Source of the DNA: Cycas panzhihuaensis
Lineage: Eukaryota > Plantae > Cycadophyta
DNA length: 64,000 nucleotides
Assembly (NCBI GenBank): GCA_023213395.1
Contig: CM041465.1
Span: 143,847,741 to 143,911,740 of the forward strand
Direction: 5' to 3'
Part shown: positions 11,582-24,100 of the stretch, in pieces
Layout: every line of letters begins with the position of its first letter
How positions within the stretch are numbered: position 1 is the first letter of the stretch
Position numbers and translations under genes: made by a program
The notes under the pieces: generated by a model
Told to the model about the DNA's origin: nothing
The model's database searches: none
The model's input: the letters and a program-made list of their open reading frames with translations, nothing else

Positions 11582-12182
11582 TCGATGATTTGATGAATGG
11601 AAGAACAAGCCATTGAATCTTCTAAATAAATAAGGATTCGTTCTGCTACTCTACCTGAAATCATCATTGTATGATGAACTTATGCAACCTCACTGATAAG
11701 ACCAGACATATTAAAATAAGATATAAAAATAGTAATGTAAATCCTTGGTTGAGCCTCTGGATATCCATACGCGCAAATCCCCATGATGCCCTCGATACCC
11801 TACTCCTTATGTTCTCTATACCATAACAATAGAGCCCCCTTTTGTTTTTCTTACTATTTCAGAGCTGTGTTTTGATGATTTCAACGCTACTCCTATAGGG
11901 TGAAAATTCTTGTCACTTGTCATTCATGTTTCTTTCACTCCTCCATGTTACAAAGAAGGGATTAGACAATGCACAGGTTAATACCCTGGGTAATCGATTG
12001 TCTACATTCTAGGTTCTCCCCTAACTAAGCAACCTACTTGCAAAATTAGTCACGAGATACATGAAATGAAGGGTTTGAATGACTTCAATACTCTTGAATA
12101 TTTGAGGCGAGAATGGTCTGATACACCTGCCTCTCTATGGTGGCCGTGATAGGTGCAGCGGCAGCGGCGACAACGCCGCGAC

Positions 12183-14491
12183 ACTTTTATTTTTTTTCTC
12201 AAATATTTTTTTATATCTTTTATAAAGTTTAACAAACTTTATTACATTGTATAAATTTTTGAATTATGTGTCTTAAAGGTCTAAGCCCCCTTAAACTTAG
12301 CCCCTAGTCATAAGACCTCTCCACATGACCCTTAGCCCATTTTGAAAGGGCTTTTAGTTTTTGTAACATTTTTTATTTTATTTTTTTTTATTTTTTCATT
12401 AAACATAGGGTACTTGGCAATTTTTTTACCATTTAACTGGGTCATCAGTTTCTAACAAAACCTATCCCATTATGTCCAAAATTTTCTGAGGTATGATTTT
12501 GACTGGTCATATGCTATATTTAGAACTTATTTGACCTACTTTCTATCAGTTTAAAGTCAGTCATTCATTTTCAAAGCCATTTTAAACTATTTTCACAAAA
12601 TCACTTTTTTAACAGATTATATCTTATCACTGGGAGACTATTTTCTACCTAGATCTACTCTATAGTCATATATTATCAGTGAACTTCATCACCATCTTTT
12701 CATTTTACTTTGTAGGATTTATTTTAATCATTATTTTAATTGGTGAAAGTGACAATTTAGTGTTTTTAAACTTTTAATATAAAAGTACTTGTTGCTATTT
12801 CTATTATAACTTTTCTATTTTACATCAAAATTTAGATTCATTAGTTTCGTTGGAAAGCTAACTCACTCATCTTTGAACTGATAATATTATTTATAAGTTT
12901 TAAAGTGTTCTTGAAATTTTTAAAAGCCATCAAATTTGAGGTATATAATAGCCTCTAATTTGTCATTATTACATATTTGCATATATTATTTCTTAAAATT
13001 TTCAACTGGAAATATATTAAGTAGCTCTTTAAACTATATTTGATTATTTTTTATCATTCTATAAAATTTTTATTAGCATTTTTATAATTTTTTGAGCCTC
13101 AGGCTTCTATTAAGCCTCAAAAGGAGGACCGCATCTTTAGTACACTAAAATTTTGACTTATAGGAATCTATTCTCAAAATAGTCAATTTCATTGACTAGA
13201 TATTTCATCGATCTTTAAACTGGTATAATTTCACTTTGTTTTGACATTGTTTAGTATAATTTTGAAGTTGCTCAACTTGAGCATTCAATATATCCTAACA
13301 GGCTTGGTTTTCTTTCCACTTTCAAAAAGTATATCTGAAATTATATCTTATAAGTTTGTCATTTATTAAGTTCTTTGACTTGGTAAAAGTATATTCATTT
13401 TCATGTACTAAAGTTTTTTATAAAATGGTAATCAATCTTAATAAAGTATAATTTCCTATATTTGATGGCCATAATTTTTCACAATGGCATAAAACAAAGC
13501 AAAATTATTTTATTACACATGATCTTTGGAAATACTTACAAGATGAATATACTGTTAATATTAAGGAAAACATTAAAAAATATAATGAAGCCTTAGCTTT
13601 ACTATTTTGCACTATAGATGATAAAGTGTTTTCTAAAGTTTGTGAACTGACAACTTCCAAATCCATGTGGGACATCTTAGTTTCTACTTATGGGGGAGAT
13701 ACCCTCAATGAATTTAACATTGATATTATTGAGTATGTGAGACAGGTGCTAGAGAAGGTGGATTGTCATGAAAAGACCAAGGAAAATTCAAGTCAAATGC
13801 ATGATCATTTTGTTGCACAAGAAATTGATCCTCCATTTCAGGGGGAGAAATATGATAATATGACAGTTGCTTACAGCACAAAGACTTTAGAAGACAAAGT
13901 TAAAGTTTTAGAAGTTAAATTCAAAGTTGCAGCCACACCTCCACATTTGAATCAAGCTTCATTTACTTGTAGATTTTTTTGCACCACTCAATAGCAAAGA
14001 CACCATCATTGCTAAAAGGATAAAGCAAGTTAGAAGTGATCAAGCTACAAAACGGATCTTCAAAGTTTTTTTCAAGTTCAAATCTCATAAGTTTAAAGAG
14101 AAGACAAAGTTGTTTGTGATAATCATTAAGGGGGAGAATATTAGGGTTAATGATCATCACCCCACTCCTACCTTTCAACCAAGAGTGCACACCTCACTCT
14201 CACTAATTTACACATGTGGGGTGCTTACATGTAAAGGTAAGGTTAAGTTGATTTGAGTTAAGTTTGTAATATTTTATTATTATTTGAATTTTAGGGGTTG
14301 AGTAGTTTCCCTCCTCCTCCAAACTATATATTTGGAGGGGTGTGCAACCCTGGTGTCTTTAGACACTGACTACTTTTGGATATTTGTAATACTCTCTCTC
14401 AAACAATGGATTGAATACAAAAGATTTTCTGTTTATGTAACAATATATTGATTATGTGTATATGTTTTGCCATGTTCTCTATGTGTATTCA
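12183..14491 (+). mobile_element. C: gag-only Copia derivative related to A, inside the B leader; 5' LTR missing, 5' boundary approximate
   Basis: Leader homologous to A 3710-4960; gag relic; PPT AAGGGGGAGAA before 14139; LTR 14139-14491 begins TATTAGGGTTAAT like A. Confidence 0.75.
13425..13994 (+). pseudogene. gag: Gag-fusion ORF of C (one early stop)
   Basis: MVINLNKV*FPIFDGHNFSQW...DLWKYLQDEY...SKSMWDILVSTYGGDT; in frame with the listed ORF 13626-13994. Confidence 0.75.
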
Positions 14492-14835
14492 AAAGGAATA
14501 CACTTATTAAAAGTTTTTTATTTTTTTATTCATCGTTGTTAAAAAATATCACTTACTTCTTGCATTTATAAAAGTTGCATTTAGTTTATTTAATTTCCAA
14601 AGGCATCTTTCATTTGTTTAAACAGCATTGCCTTTTTCCTTTTAAAAAAGTATTTACTTTCTTATCTCTTTCAAAGAGTTTATTATTTATTTCATCTTGC
14701 TTAGAGGTTATTATTTTATTTTCAAGTTTTTATTTATTATATAAAAGGAATCTTTTTTATCCTAAACAAGACCACACTGCTAATTAATTTATTTTTTACA
14801 TTAATAAGATAATCTTGAATTGAACCACCATATTT

Positions 14836-15232
14836 TTTTAGCTTTGCAAGGGGAACGGTTAGGACCCCTGAAGTTACCACCTCGCATACGCTAATCAACC
14901 TACTCATATTGGATGAGGACAGCCATTAGCTATCAGGTGTATTTGGTGATAGGCTAAGGTATTCCTTTTATGGTGTTTGGAGACCAAGGCTATACTTGGA
15001 GAGGGTGAGTGCCTTGGTTCGAGAAACTTGCCGCTAGATCTGTCACTAGACATAAGTCCAGTGCAGGTGGACCAACAACTCAGGACGGTGTAAAAACCTT
15101 CTTAGTAGCCGGTGTACTGAGGTATATAAAGCCTAGCACTCATGTACTAGTATATTAAGTCCCTATTTTTCCATCTGTGGGTAGGCGTTACTAGATAAGA
15201 TAGCAATTGAAGGTTGCCCTAATAGAAACCTA
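14836..15232 (+). ncRNA. Conserved structured leader module, copy 1 (element B), IRES-like candidate
   Basis: Aligns with 40066-40470 and 44754-45150; stem ACCAAGGC 14983-14990/GCCTTGGT 15011-15018; CTCAT-ATTGG-ATGAG hairpin. Confidence 0.65.
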
Positions 15233-15430
15233 AACTTATAGACTAGTAGCCTTAATAGGTCTTAGTTCACTTATTCAAAACTTTAGGAAAAACCTTGGGT
15301 TATATTTGGAAGTGAATTTTACATTTAAACCTTTTTTTTTTATTTAAATTTAATTACTTTTCTTTTTCATATTCACATTCAACTTTTGAAATCTCATTTG
15401 TCACATTTGATCCACACAACTTTAGTTCAA

Positions 15431-18400
15431 AATCACATCTAGTTTTAGGAACACAATTATCCTAAAATTTGATGAAAATAATTTCCTAAACTAGAGTAGG
15501 ATGATGAGACCCATCCTCATAGCTAACAACATGTAGGACATTGTGAGATCAGGCTATAATGAATTAGGACCAAATCCATTCAATGCAGAAAAAATTACCG
15601 ACAAGGAAAATGTCAAAAAGGATAACAAAGCCTTAACCCTTATCTTTTGCACATTAAAAGATCATGTGTTCCTAAGAGTTAGTGAATTAGTTAAGTCCAA
15701 AGAAGCTTAGTACACTTTACAACTAATATATGAAGGAGCAGCCTCCTCTAAATTACAAAACCTGAGAAGTAAGTTTAAAAATTTACATATGATGTCCTAT
15801 AAATCAGTAACAGAGATTATGAACAAAGTCAAAGATATTGTAAACCAAATGAGATCACTTAGGGATACCTTAACTAAACAAAAGGTAGTTGAAAGGATCC
15901 TTAGATGTGTAGGAGCTATAAGACATTTTGAAATGGTAGTTACTAGTATTAGTGTATCAAAGTATCTAAGTACCCTCAAAGTGGAATAACTTAGTGCCAT
16001 GCTCATGTCTATAGAAGAGCAGTAAAATGCAAATGAATCTTTAGAACATACCTTTACTACAAAGGGCTACATTCAATCTAACTCCCAAGTAAGAACCTCA
16101 AGATAAAAGGAATCTACTCCAAGGAGAAAAGGTGGAAATCCTAGAAAGGAAACTAGACAAGACTCTCCACGATATCAAGCCCTCACCAAAAGAGATAAGG
16201 AGGACCCCAATAACATGAAGATCCTCTAAGAAATTATAATCAAAGAAGAAAAGTTGAGAAGCATTCTTGTTGTCCACATTGTTAAGGGAATTCTCAACCT
16301 TCAAGATCAACTTAGGAATATCATGACAACCAACCAAGAAATAATCCTCCTCAATCTTATGAGAAAAATGGGAGATCTTTTAATATTGATCATTCTTGAC
16401 CAAGAAGTCGAAGCCTAAGTTATAGGAGAAGAGATCCATTATATTGTACTTATTATCATAGAAATGGTCACACTGAAGATAAATATTTTACAAAACATGG
16501 ACCACCCCCTAGAGGACATGCTTCAAATTCATCATAATCAAAGGTTAATAACAAGTTATTTCTATCCAACTTTTCTGCTAAGGAAGAAGAGGATGATAAC
16601 TAGTATATCAATTCAGGTTGCTTAACCTACATGACCCATAAAGAACATTTATTTCAAACCTTGGATAAAAACAGAAAAGGGTCAATCATGTTTGGAGATA
16701 ATACTTCTCATGAATCAGTTGGGAAAGGTAACATAGTCTTGTTAACTGATATTGGTAAATATAGATACTTAGATGATGTCTTATATGTCCCTACCCTAAG
16801 AAAGAACTTACTATCTATAGGACAGATGATGGGATGAGATTATAAAGTGATTTTTGACAATAGTGAATGCGTTATCAAAGACAAGAGAAAAAATAAAGCT
16901 ATTATTTCCAAAGGTATAATGACTAAAGATTGTTTATTTAAGCTTATCCTCACTCCTTTAAATACCTATGCCCTCAGAACTTTAACTACAATAGATAGTG
17001 ATTTGTGGCATAGACAGTTTGGTCACCTTAACTACAATAGCTTGTCTCTTATGAAAAGGTTGGATATGGTTAATGGTTTACTACCTATTGATGTTAATAA
17101 AACATTATGTGAGGGATGCCTTCTTGGCAAACAACATAGAGAAAGCTTTTTGGATTTTAGTCATTGAGCATCTTCCCCTCTTCAACTAGTATACACAGAC
17201 ATTTGTGGACTGATGACTACTCCCTGCTTAGCAGGTACAAAGTATTTTCTCACATTTATTGATGACTTCACAAGAAAGACATGGGTTTTCTTTCTAAGAT
17301 ATAAATCAAATGCTTTCGACCACTATTGACTTCAAAACCTTTGCTAAGTGACAAAGTGGATATCATATCATTTCTGTAAGATCAAATAATGGGTGAGAGT
17401 TTACATCTAATGCTTTCAAGGATTATTGTATCCACCATGGGATTAGGAGATAATTTACCAACCACTACACCCCATAACAAAATTGTGTAGTAGAAAGAAA
17501 AAATTAAACTATCATTGAAATAGCAAGATGTATGCTTAAGGATAAAAACTTGGCCCATGAATTTTGGGTTGAAGCAATCCATACATCCATCTACCTACTC
17601 AATAGATGTTCCACCAAAGTGCTTAGGTGGAAAACTCTAGAAGAAGTATGGACTGGTTATAAACTAAGTATACATCATCTCAGGGTATTTAGATGTCTAG
17701 CATATGCCCATATTCCTAATCAAAGGAGAACTAAGTTGGATGAACATAGTGTCAAATGTATCTTTATTAGCTACAGTGAATCTTCTAAATCCTATAAAGT
17801 CTATGATTTGAAATCAAGAAAAGTTATGGTAAGTAGAGATGTCAAATTTTAGGAAGACACCTACTACTAAGATAATCAAGAAAAGCAAAAAGAGATTGCC
17901 ATTAAATTTGACACATCAAGTAAGTCCAAATATGTGCCTCCTATGTGGAGAAATATCCAGGAACCCACTAGGGAGGGAACGTCATATCAACCTCCACCAT
18001 AATATCTACCTAAATAGGTTCATCACAACCATGACTTGGGAAATATATTGGATAATAATGGAAGATCCACATACTCCCATAGGGTCAACTTTGCCTTAAT
18101 GAGCAAGGTACTCAAAATTCATGAGCCTCAAACCTTTGATGAGGCTAATCAATATGAATGTTGCCAGAAATCCATGAAAGAGGAATATAAGTCCATTATT
18201 AAGAATGATACTTGGGAACTCATAGATTTACCACCAAAGAAGAAATCTATTAGCACCAAATGGGTCTATAAGACTAAGTTCCACTCAGATGCCTCCATCG
18301 ACAAATACAAAGTTAGATTGGTCGCAAAAGGATATGCCTAAAGAGAAGACATAGACTATATAGAAACATTTTCCCCCGTCATTAGGATAGAATCTATCAG

Positions 18401-19650
18401 CATGATGATGAGTTTAGCCAACCAAATGGGTTTGAAAGTTTATCAAATGGATGTGAAAAGTGATTTCTTAAATGGTTATGTCAAAGAAGACATCTATATG
18501 ACTCATCCCCTTGATTTTGAAGTCAGAGGGCAAGAAAACAAACTGTACAAGTTAAATAAGGCACTATATGGTCTAAAATAAACAACCAGGGTTTGGTATT
18601 CCCACATAGATAAGTATTTTAGAGATCAATAGTTTGAGAGATTTCATGCAGATCTAAACTTATACACTCAAATCAAAGGAAGTTCAATCTTGATTGTAGG
18701 TCTTTATGTGGATGATTTAATTTATACCAGAAATGGCTCCCATCTTTTACATCAATTTAAAGATGCTATGTGTAAGGAATTCGAGATGACAGACTTAAGC
18801 CTCATGCATTACTTCCTAAGATTGGAAGTCTAGTAGGAAAAACAAGGAATCTTCATCTCTCAATGTAAATATACATTGGATCTACTACAAAGATTCAGAA
18901 AGATAAATTTCAAACTATTGACAATACTAGTAGAAATTAGAATCAAACTTTCTAAGATAGATGACTCGACTTCATTTGATCCCACTCTCTATAGACAACA
19001 CATTGGCAGCCTAATATATTTGACATCTACTTGACCAGATATAATATATTTAGTTTGTGTTATGTCTAGATTTATGCAAGATCCAAAGACTTCTCATTGG
19101 CAAGCTGCCAAAAGAATCCTTTGATACCTTAAAGGGACTCCAAATTTCGGGTTATATTATAAAGCCACATTCAAATTTTAGTTAATTGGTTATACAGATT
19201 CAGATTGGACAGGTGATGTTGATGATAGAAAGTCTACCATGGGTTATGTATTCAGTATGGGCTCAGCAGCAGTAGCTTGAAGTACAAAGAAACAAAATAT
19301 GATTTCCTTATCCATAGTCAAGGCAACGTATAAAGCTACAACTTTAGGAGCTTATACATCAATATGGCTAAGAAGACTTTTATAGGATTTTCAGATTAAA
19401 CAATAAGGTCCCACTAAAATTTGGTGTGACAATCAAAGCACTATTCAAATGGCCAAAAATATGGTATTCCATAGTAGAACAAAAGATATTAACACTCAAC
19501 ATCACTTCATTCAAGAACTTGTATAAGTAGATGAGATCGAGTTAGCTTATTATAGCACTAAAGATTAGACAGTAGATATTTTCACAAAGGCTTTGGGAAA
19601 GATCAAATTCGAGAAGTTCAGAGATAATTTGGGAGTTATACACATTGGGC
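15431..19650 (+). pseudogene. Copia gag-pol of B (many stops and frameshifts)
   Basis: Gag KFDENNFLN; zinc knuckle ~16445; protease region MTHKE; LWHRQFGHLNY; CEGCLLGKQHR; KWVYKTKF; LYVDDL; YTDSDW; DIFTKAL. Confidence 0.95.
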
Positions 19651-20849
19651 TTATAGGGGAGAATATTAGGACTAACCCCAATGCTATTAAAAGACCTGTG
19701 TGCATAGGGCCCCTCAAAGCCACCTTTGAGGCCCTCTAGGGTACCTTGAGCCTCCCAATATCCACAAGGAGCTTACACCACTTTATTAAGGTATGCATTT
19801 ACATTTATTATTGTTATTTTTTTAATATATTTTGAATTATACATTGACTAACATATAGGTAGGGTGATGGTGCTTACCACCTCCCCAAAAACTCTATTTA
19901 AAGGATGGGAATATCTCCTTAGTGTTTTTTAACACCTCCAACAATCAGAAACACATGTTTTCTCAAAATGCACTTGATCTAACGCCCTATTCTACTCCTC
20001 TGAATCCATTAAAAAATAGGTGTTTTGTCACATGGTTTTATTTCGATAACTATTTTTCGTGTTTGTTCCATAGTGTAGTAGATGGGACTAAGGGTTTTCA
20101 ACTTAATTTATCTCTTAAAGATACAACCTCAACTAGGAGAGTTAGAAACTGGCAAAATATGAGCAAGTGAAGACTACTTGGCATATAAGTATTGATGAAC
20201 CATATACAAGAATGCCATTTAAGAGGACTAGCAAGTACAATAGCTTGTTACCCATGTGCTCCAATAGATGTTTGGCTTTTATATGTACCTAGAATCAAAA
20301 TTTAAAGTAGATATATGACATGGTTTAATATTAAGAGTGGGTAAAGTTAACTCATAGAAATATTTAATTTATGTAATTTAATATGGTTATCCCTTTAATA
20401 TGCACTAGGGAGTCATAGTGTATATACTTCTTTATTTTAACTAGTTATCAATTAACTAAGTGGCTTATAGAATGTGATTGGATAATCAGGTAATGATATG
20501 TACTATAAATATATATAGGTTTGATAATACTATTTTGAGGTGGCCATTTCCTACAACTATATTGTATTATGTATGTATGTATATATTTATGTTTATTCTT
20601 TATTTCCACCTGTATAGCATAGCCTCAAAATCTTGTATGATCCTAGGACTTATGTGGAATGTGTTCATATACTTTTATTTCTATCAAGTAGTATTAGAGC
20701 ATGTTTTACTCATACCATATTCTAACACCATACCCCCATGGGGGTTGCTTAGAGAAGGAGAAGGTTCTACTAGTGATAGAGCAACATATCTTATGATAGG
20801 AATGAAGGAATGACATACCTTGGGTATGAAATTTTATAGTGAAAATCAA

Positions 20850-21100
20850 GGTCATAGTTTAATCTTATTACAAAGAGCAAAGTAGTTTAGGCTCATTTTA
20901 GAGTGACCAATAGTTTAGGCTTATCTCGAAGCATAACTAGTTTATATTTGGAAAAGGTTATAATGCCCCTAAGTATGTAGCCAAGGGGAAATTATAGCTA
21001 ATGCTCTTATTTATGGTATTAAAAGATATTGATTCTAATTTAAGCTCATGCATAAGCTTTATTAGTTTAGATTAATTATAGAGAGAGTGCAGTACCCTCA
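20850..21100 (+). repeat. Degenerate ~30-bp tandem repeats (TAGTTTAGGCTCATTTTAGAG-like) of the Tat 3' region
   Basis: The same motif recurs at ~1540-2250, 58340-58760 and 61880-62020. Confidence 0.55.
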
Positions 21101-24100
21101 AGTATATGGCGTAATAGATGGATAGCTTGTACTCTCATTCTACATATAGGATTTCCATTATTTAACTTTCTTAGTGATTAATTTTTTAAATGTTTTAATA
21201 CATCACAAAATTCTTCAAAAATACCAATACATTGTAGAGTCATATTAAAGATGGGATCACAATTATTTAACCTCCTTAATGATCGATAATTTAGAGGGAA
21301 ATTTTGGGCTATTTTTATTAAGGTTATGCCTCGAAGGGGTATGGCATTGCCACTTTATTGCTCTTAAAGTTATCATCTTATAAGACTAATTTGTCTTTAC
21401 CTTAGGGTATGGGAGGGGGATCAAGATTGCTATCATAACCCCAATCAATGATTTTTTAGGACCCTCCTAAAGAATCATCCCAACATGGGGGTCTAATATC
21501 CTAAACAAGAAACCTGATGGGATTTGTAACTGAATTGGGAAGGAGGGGAGGATCAAAGATCTCTCTTAAGGAATCAAAAGATGAATCGCCTAAGATAAGT
21601 TCATCACCTAACATGAAAGGATACAAAGCAAGGTGAGGTGCTTGTATAGTAATAGGATCACTTGTATCCCAATTATTATTAATAGCATTTTATTACCACA
21701 TAAGAACATCCTTATCATTAACCTCAAGAATATTAGAGATACTAAGGTACGCATGATGCTCTATACCAATAGGTACAAAGCAAACTAGAGCTAACTTAAG
21801 GAAGAGAAAATTTTAATAGAGATTGGTCCCTTCATCATGGAACAAACTGTCAAATTCATCATCTACATTTCCTTTTTCTTCATCATAAATAGGCAATGTA
21901 ATTAACTACAGGAGTTGGTCATTCTTAGGCTCTTGGTCAAAGAGAGAGGGATCAATTAATTCAATGGGAAGGAATGATAGAAGGGAATCACAAATGGTCT
22001 ACTCATCATGTGAAAAGGTAGAATGAAATTCTATATCTAAATCATAGTTCAAGGGAAATTGATGTAGATCAAATGATCAAGAAAGACCTAAACACATTGA
22101 ACCATGTTAATGGTTTATAATGGAGAAGGGGTAAGGCCTTTGTTGATTATGAGGGAATTATTCTCACCTAAGGAGCTCTCAGAGATCATAAATATTTCAC
22201 TAAAATGGGTTAAAAGCCATAGAATCTTTGTATGATAGGTTAATTAGATGGTAGGTTGAGGAGAGGGTGGAGCTACAGATTATGAATCAATTCTCTCTTT
22301 AAAACAATCAAGGTGATGGTTATGGATAAGTTGGTGGGCATGGTGAACAATCTAGGCTCATTGGAAAGGGAACATCTTATAAGGTGAATGGGATAAAGGT
22401 ATGGTTTAGGGGTTGTTTAGACGGTCATGTTAGGGCTTAATTAGAGAAGGGATACTTAGAGAAGGACCAAACGGTGGGGGAATATCCACCTAGGACGTTT
22501 CCTCTTAGGTTAAGGAAATTATGGTCACCTTGCATGAAAAAGGTGCTCGGTCATTATGATCAAATTTAGGGTCATTAAGGATAGCCAAGTACCCATATCT
22601 ACCCATACTAATTAGGGTGAACCAAGCTATATTCAATCCTAGAGAAGGAGGACCCTCATTAAACTATAGGCCCAAATCTTAGGAAAGAGTCTCAAGGGAG
22701 GGGTTTTCTTATACATCAAAGATGGCTTAAATGGTGGATTAGTATGAATAAGAGGTTAGTGGTTCACATGCAAAGACACACACTCCTCTATTATAGACAA
22801 ACTTCAATTAGCCCCATAAAGAAGAGTAAACAAGCCTTATCTATTCTAACTATGGTAATCCCAAAAGAAGGTTATAATCAACATCAATGTTAAGGACTAT
22901 AGTATTAGTAAGGGTGGTTTTATCCTCGAGGGTAAGGGTAAGAGTGATTATTCTAAGGAATGCTTTCTCTTTTCCAACATACCCTTAGCACTTCATGGAA
23001 TAGGTTTCTGGGCCCTAATACTAAGTTATTTGAATATTGAGGTAGGCATTACATTAACAAAAGGTCTATTATTACCATAGTCTTTGTAAGGGCAATCTCT
23101 AGGGTCTTAATGGTTATGGTAAAAGAATAATGCCGAAGACACTCACACACTTTGGAAGGGAGGAGATCCTTGGGATCAAAAGTGATAATATGTTAGTTGG
23201 TAAGTATGGTGCTAATAGTATAAATGGGGATTTCCTTATACCCTAAGGCTTCCAAAAGTAAGTTTTCTTAGTCAAGGTAGCTTTGTAAGATGTCCATGAT
23301 AGACATACCTATAGAAACTATATGTAGTTTATTAATAATAGAGAATGATTTCCCTTTGCCTATTGGTTAAGGAAGGGCTCTTCTAAAGAAATATCAACCA
23401 AGGCATACAAGGATTATCTTAGGAAGGATTGGGATCTTAGTTGGTTAGGGTTAGGGAATAATAGCCAATTGTTAAGAAGTAGAAGTTTCTTCAACTCCCT
23501 TAGTTACTTGAGCCCAAGTCATGGTAAATACTTGAGTTATGTCAAGCATTTAGATGACTCTCTTGCCCTTGGTATTATAGCATTAGGTAGCTTTAATAGA
23601 CTCTTGCTCTTTAGGGGAAGAGTTACTTAGTTAAGTCTAGGGTTAGTCCTTAGGTTAGTTTGAAGAAGGGTTGGGTGGCATCTTTCATTGAGGTTAGGAT
23701 CATCCCCTTCCTCTCTGGATTTGTTGCTAAGGTTGGGTCTTCAAAGATCCTTGATTTGAGAAAGGGTCCTAATGGACCAACTACTTAAGGTTGGTCTTGG
23801 ATGCAAATTAAGAAGGAGGATCCTATAGTAGTGATTGCTCAAGATGTTGGGTCCAATAATGGATGTCATTATAAGTATATTTTTTATGAATCAAATACCA
23901 CCTCTTTTAAGGGGGGTATAAATTATTCTTATCTTAAGGAAGGATAGCATTACTTCCTCTAGTTTGGGAAGTGGTTTAGGCTACTAGGTAAACTAGCCTA
24001 TACCCATAGGAGGGAACACATGGCTTAGGCTAGCTTATGGATGGCTACAACTTCAAGTCTTTTAATGCTCACTCAAATAAGCAAATAGTAGAAGTTAAGG

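Larger units (their letters stand above)
8902..20011 (+). mobile_element. B: full-length decayed Ty1/copia element nested in F
   Basis: LTRs 8902-9250 and 19664-20011; TSD AAAAA/AAAAA; PBS 9253-9264; PPT AGGGGAGAA before 19664; gag-PR-IN-RT-RH order. Confidence 0.95.
6871..20727 (+). mobile_element. F: non-autonomous LTR element (~2.7 kb excluding nested B)
   Basis: LTR pair 6871-7276 and ~20328-20727; decayed iMet-type PBS TAATACTAGAGT 7279-7290; the joined flanks match G2 61620-61720. TSD is only approximate (ATGCT/ATACC, 2 nt offset) and no clear PPT. Confidence 0.7.

Noticed and set aside
11553-11600. Functional tRNA gene
   Set aside because: Only the 3' ~29 nt is present; no D-arm or 5' acceptor strand.
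14836-15232. Self-cleaving ribozyme or group I/II intron identity for the leader module
   Set aside because: No complete hammerhead core (CUGANGA...GAAA with three stems) or intron catalytic motifs could be assembled by eye.
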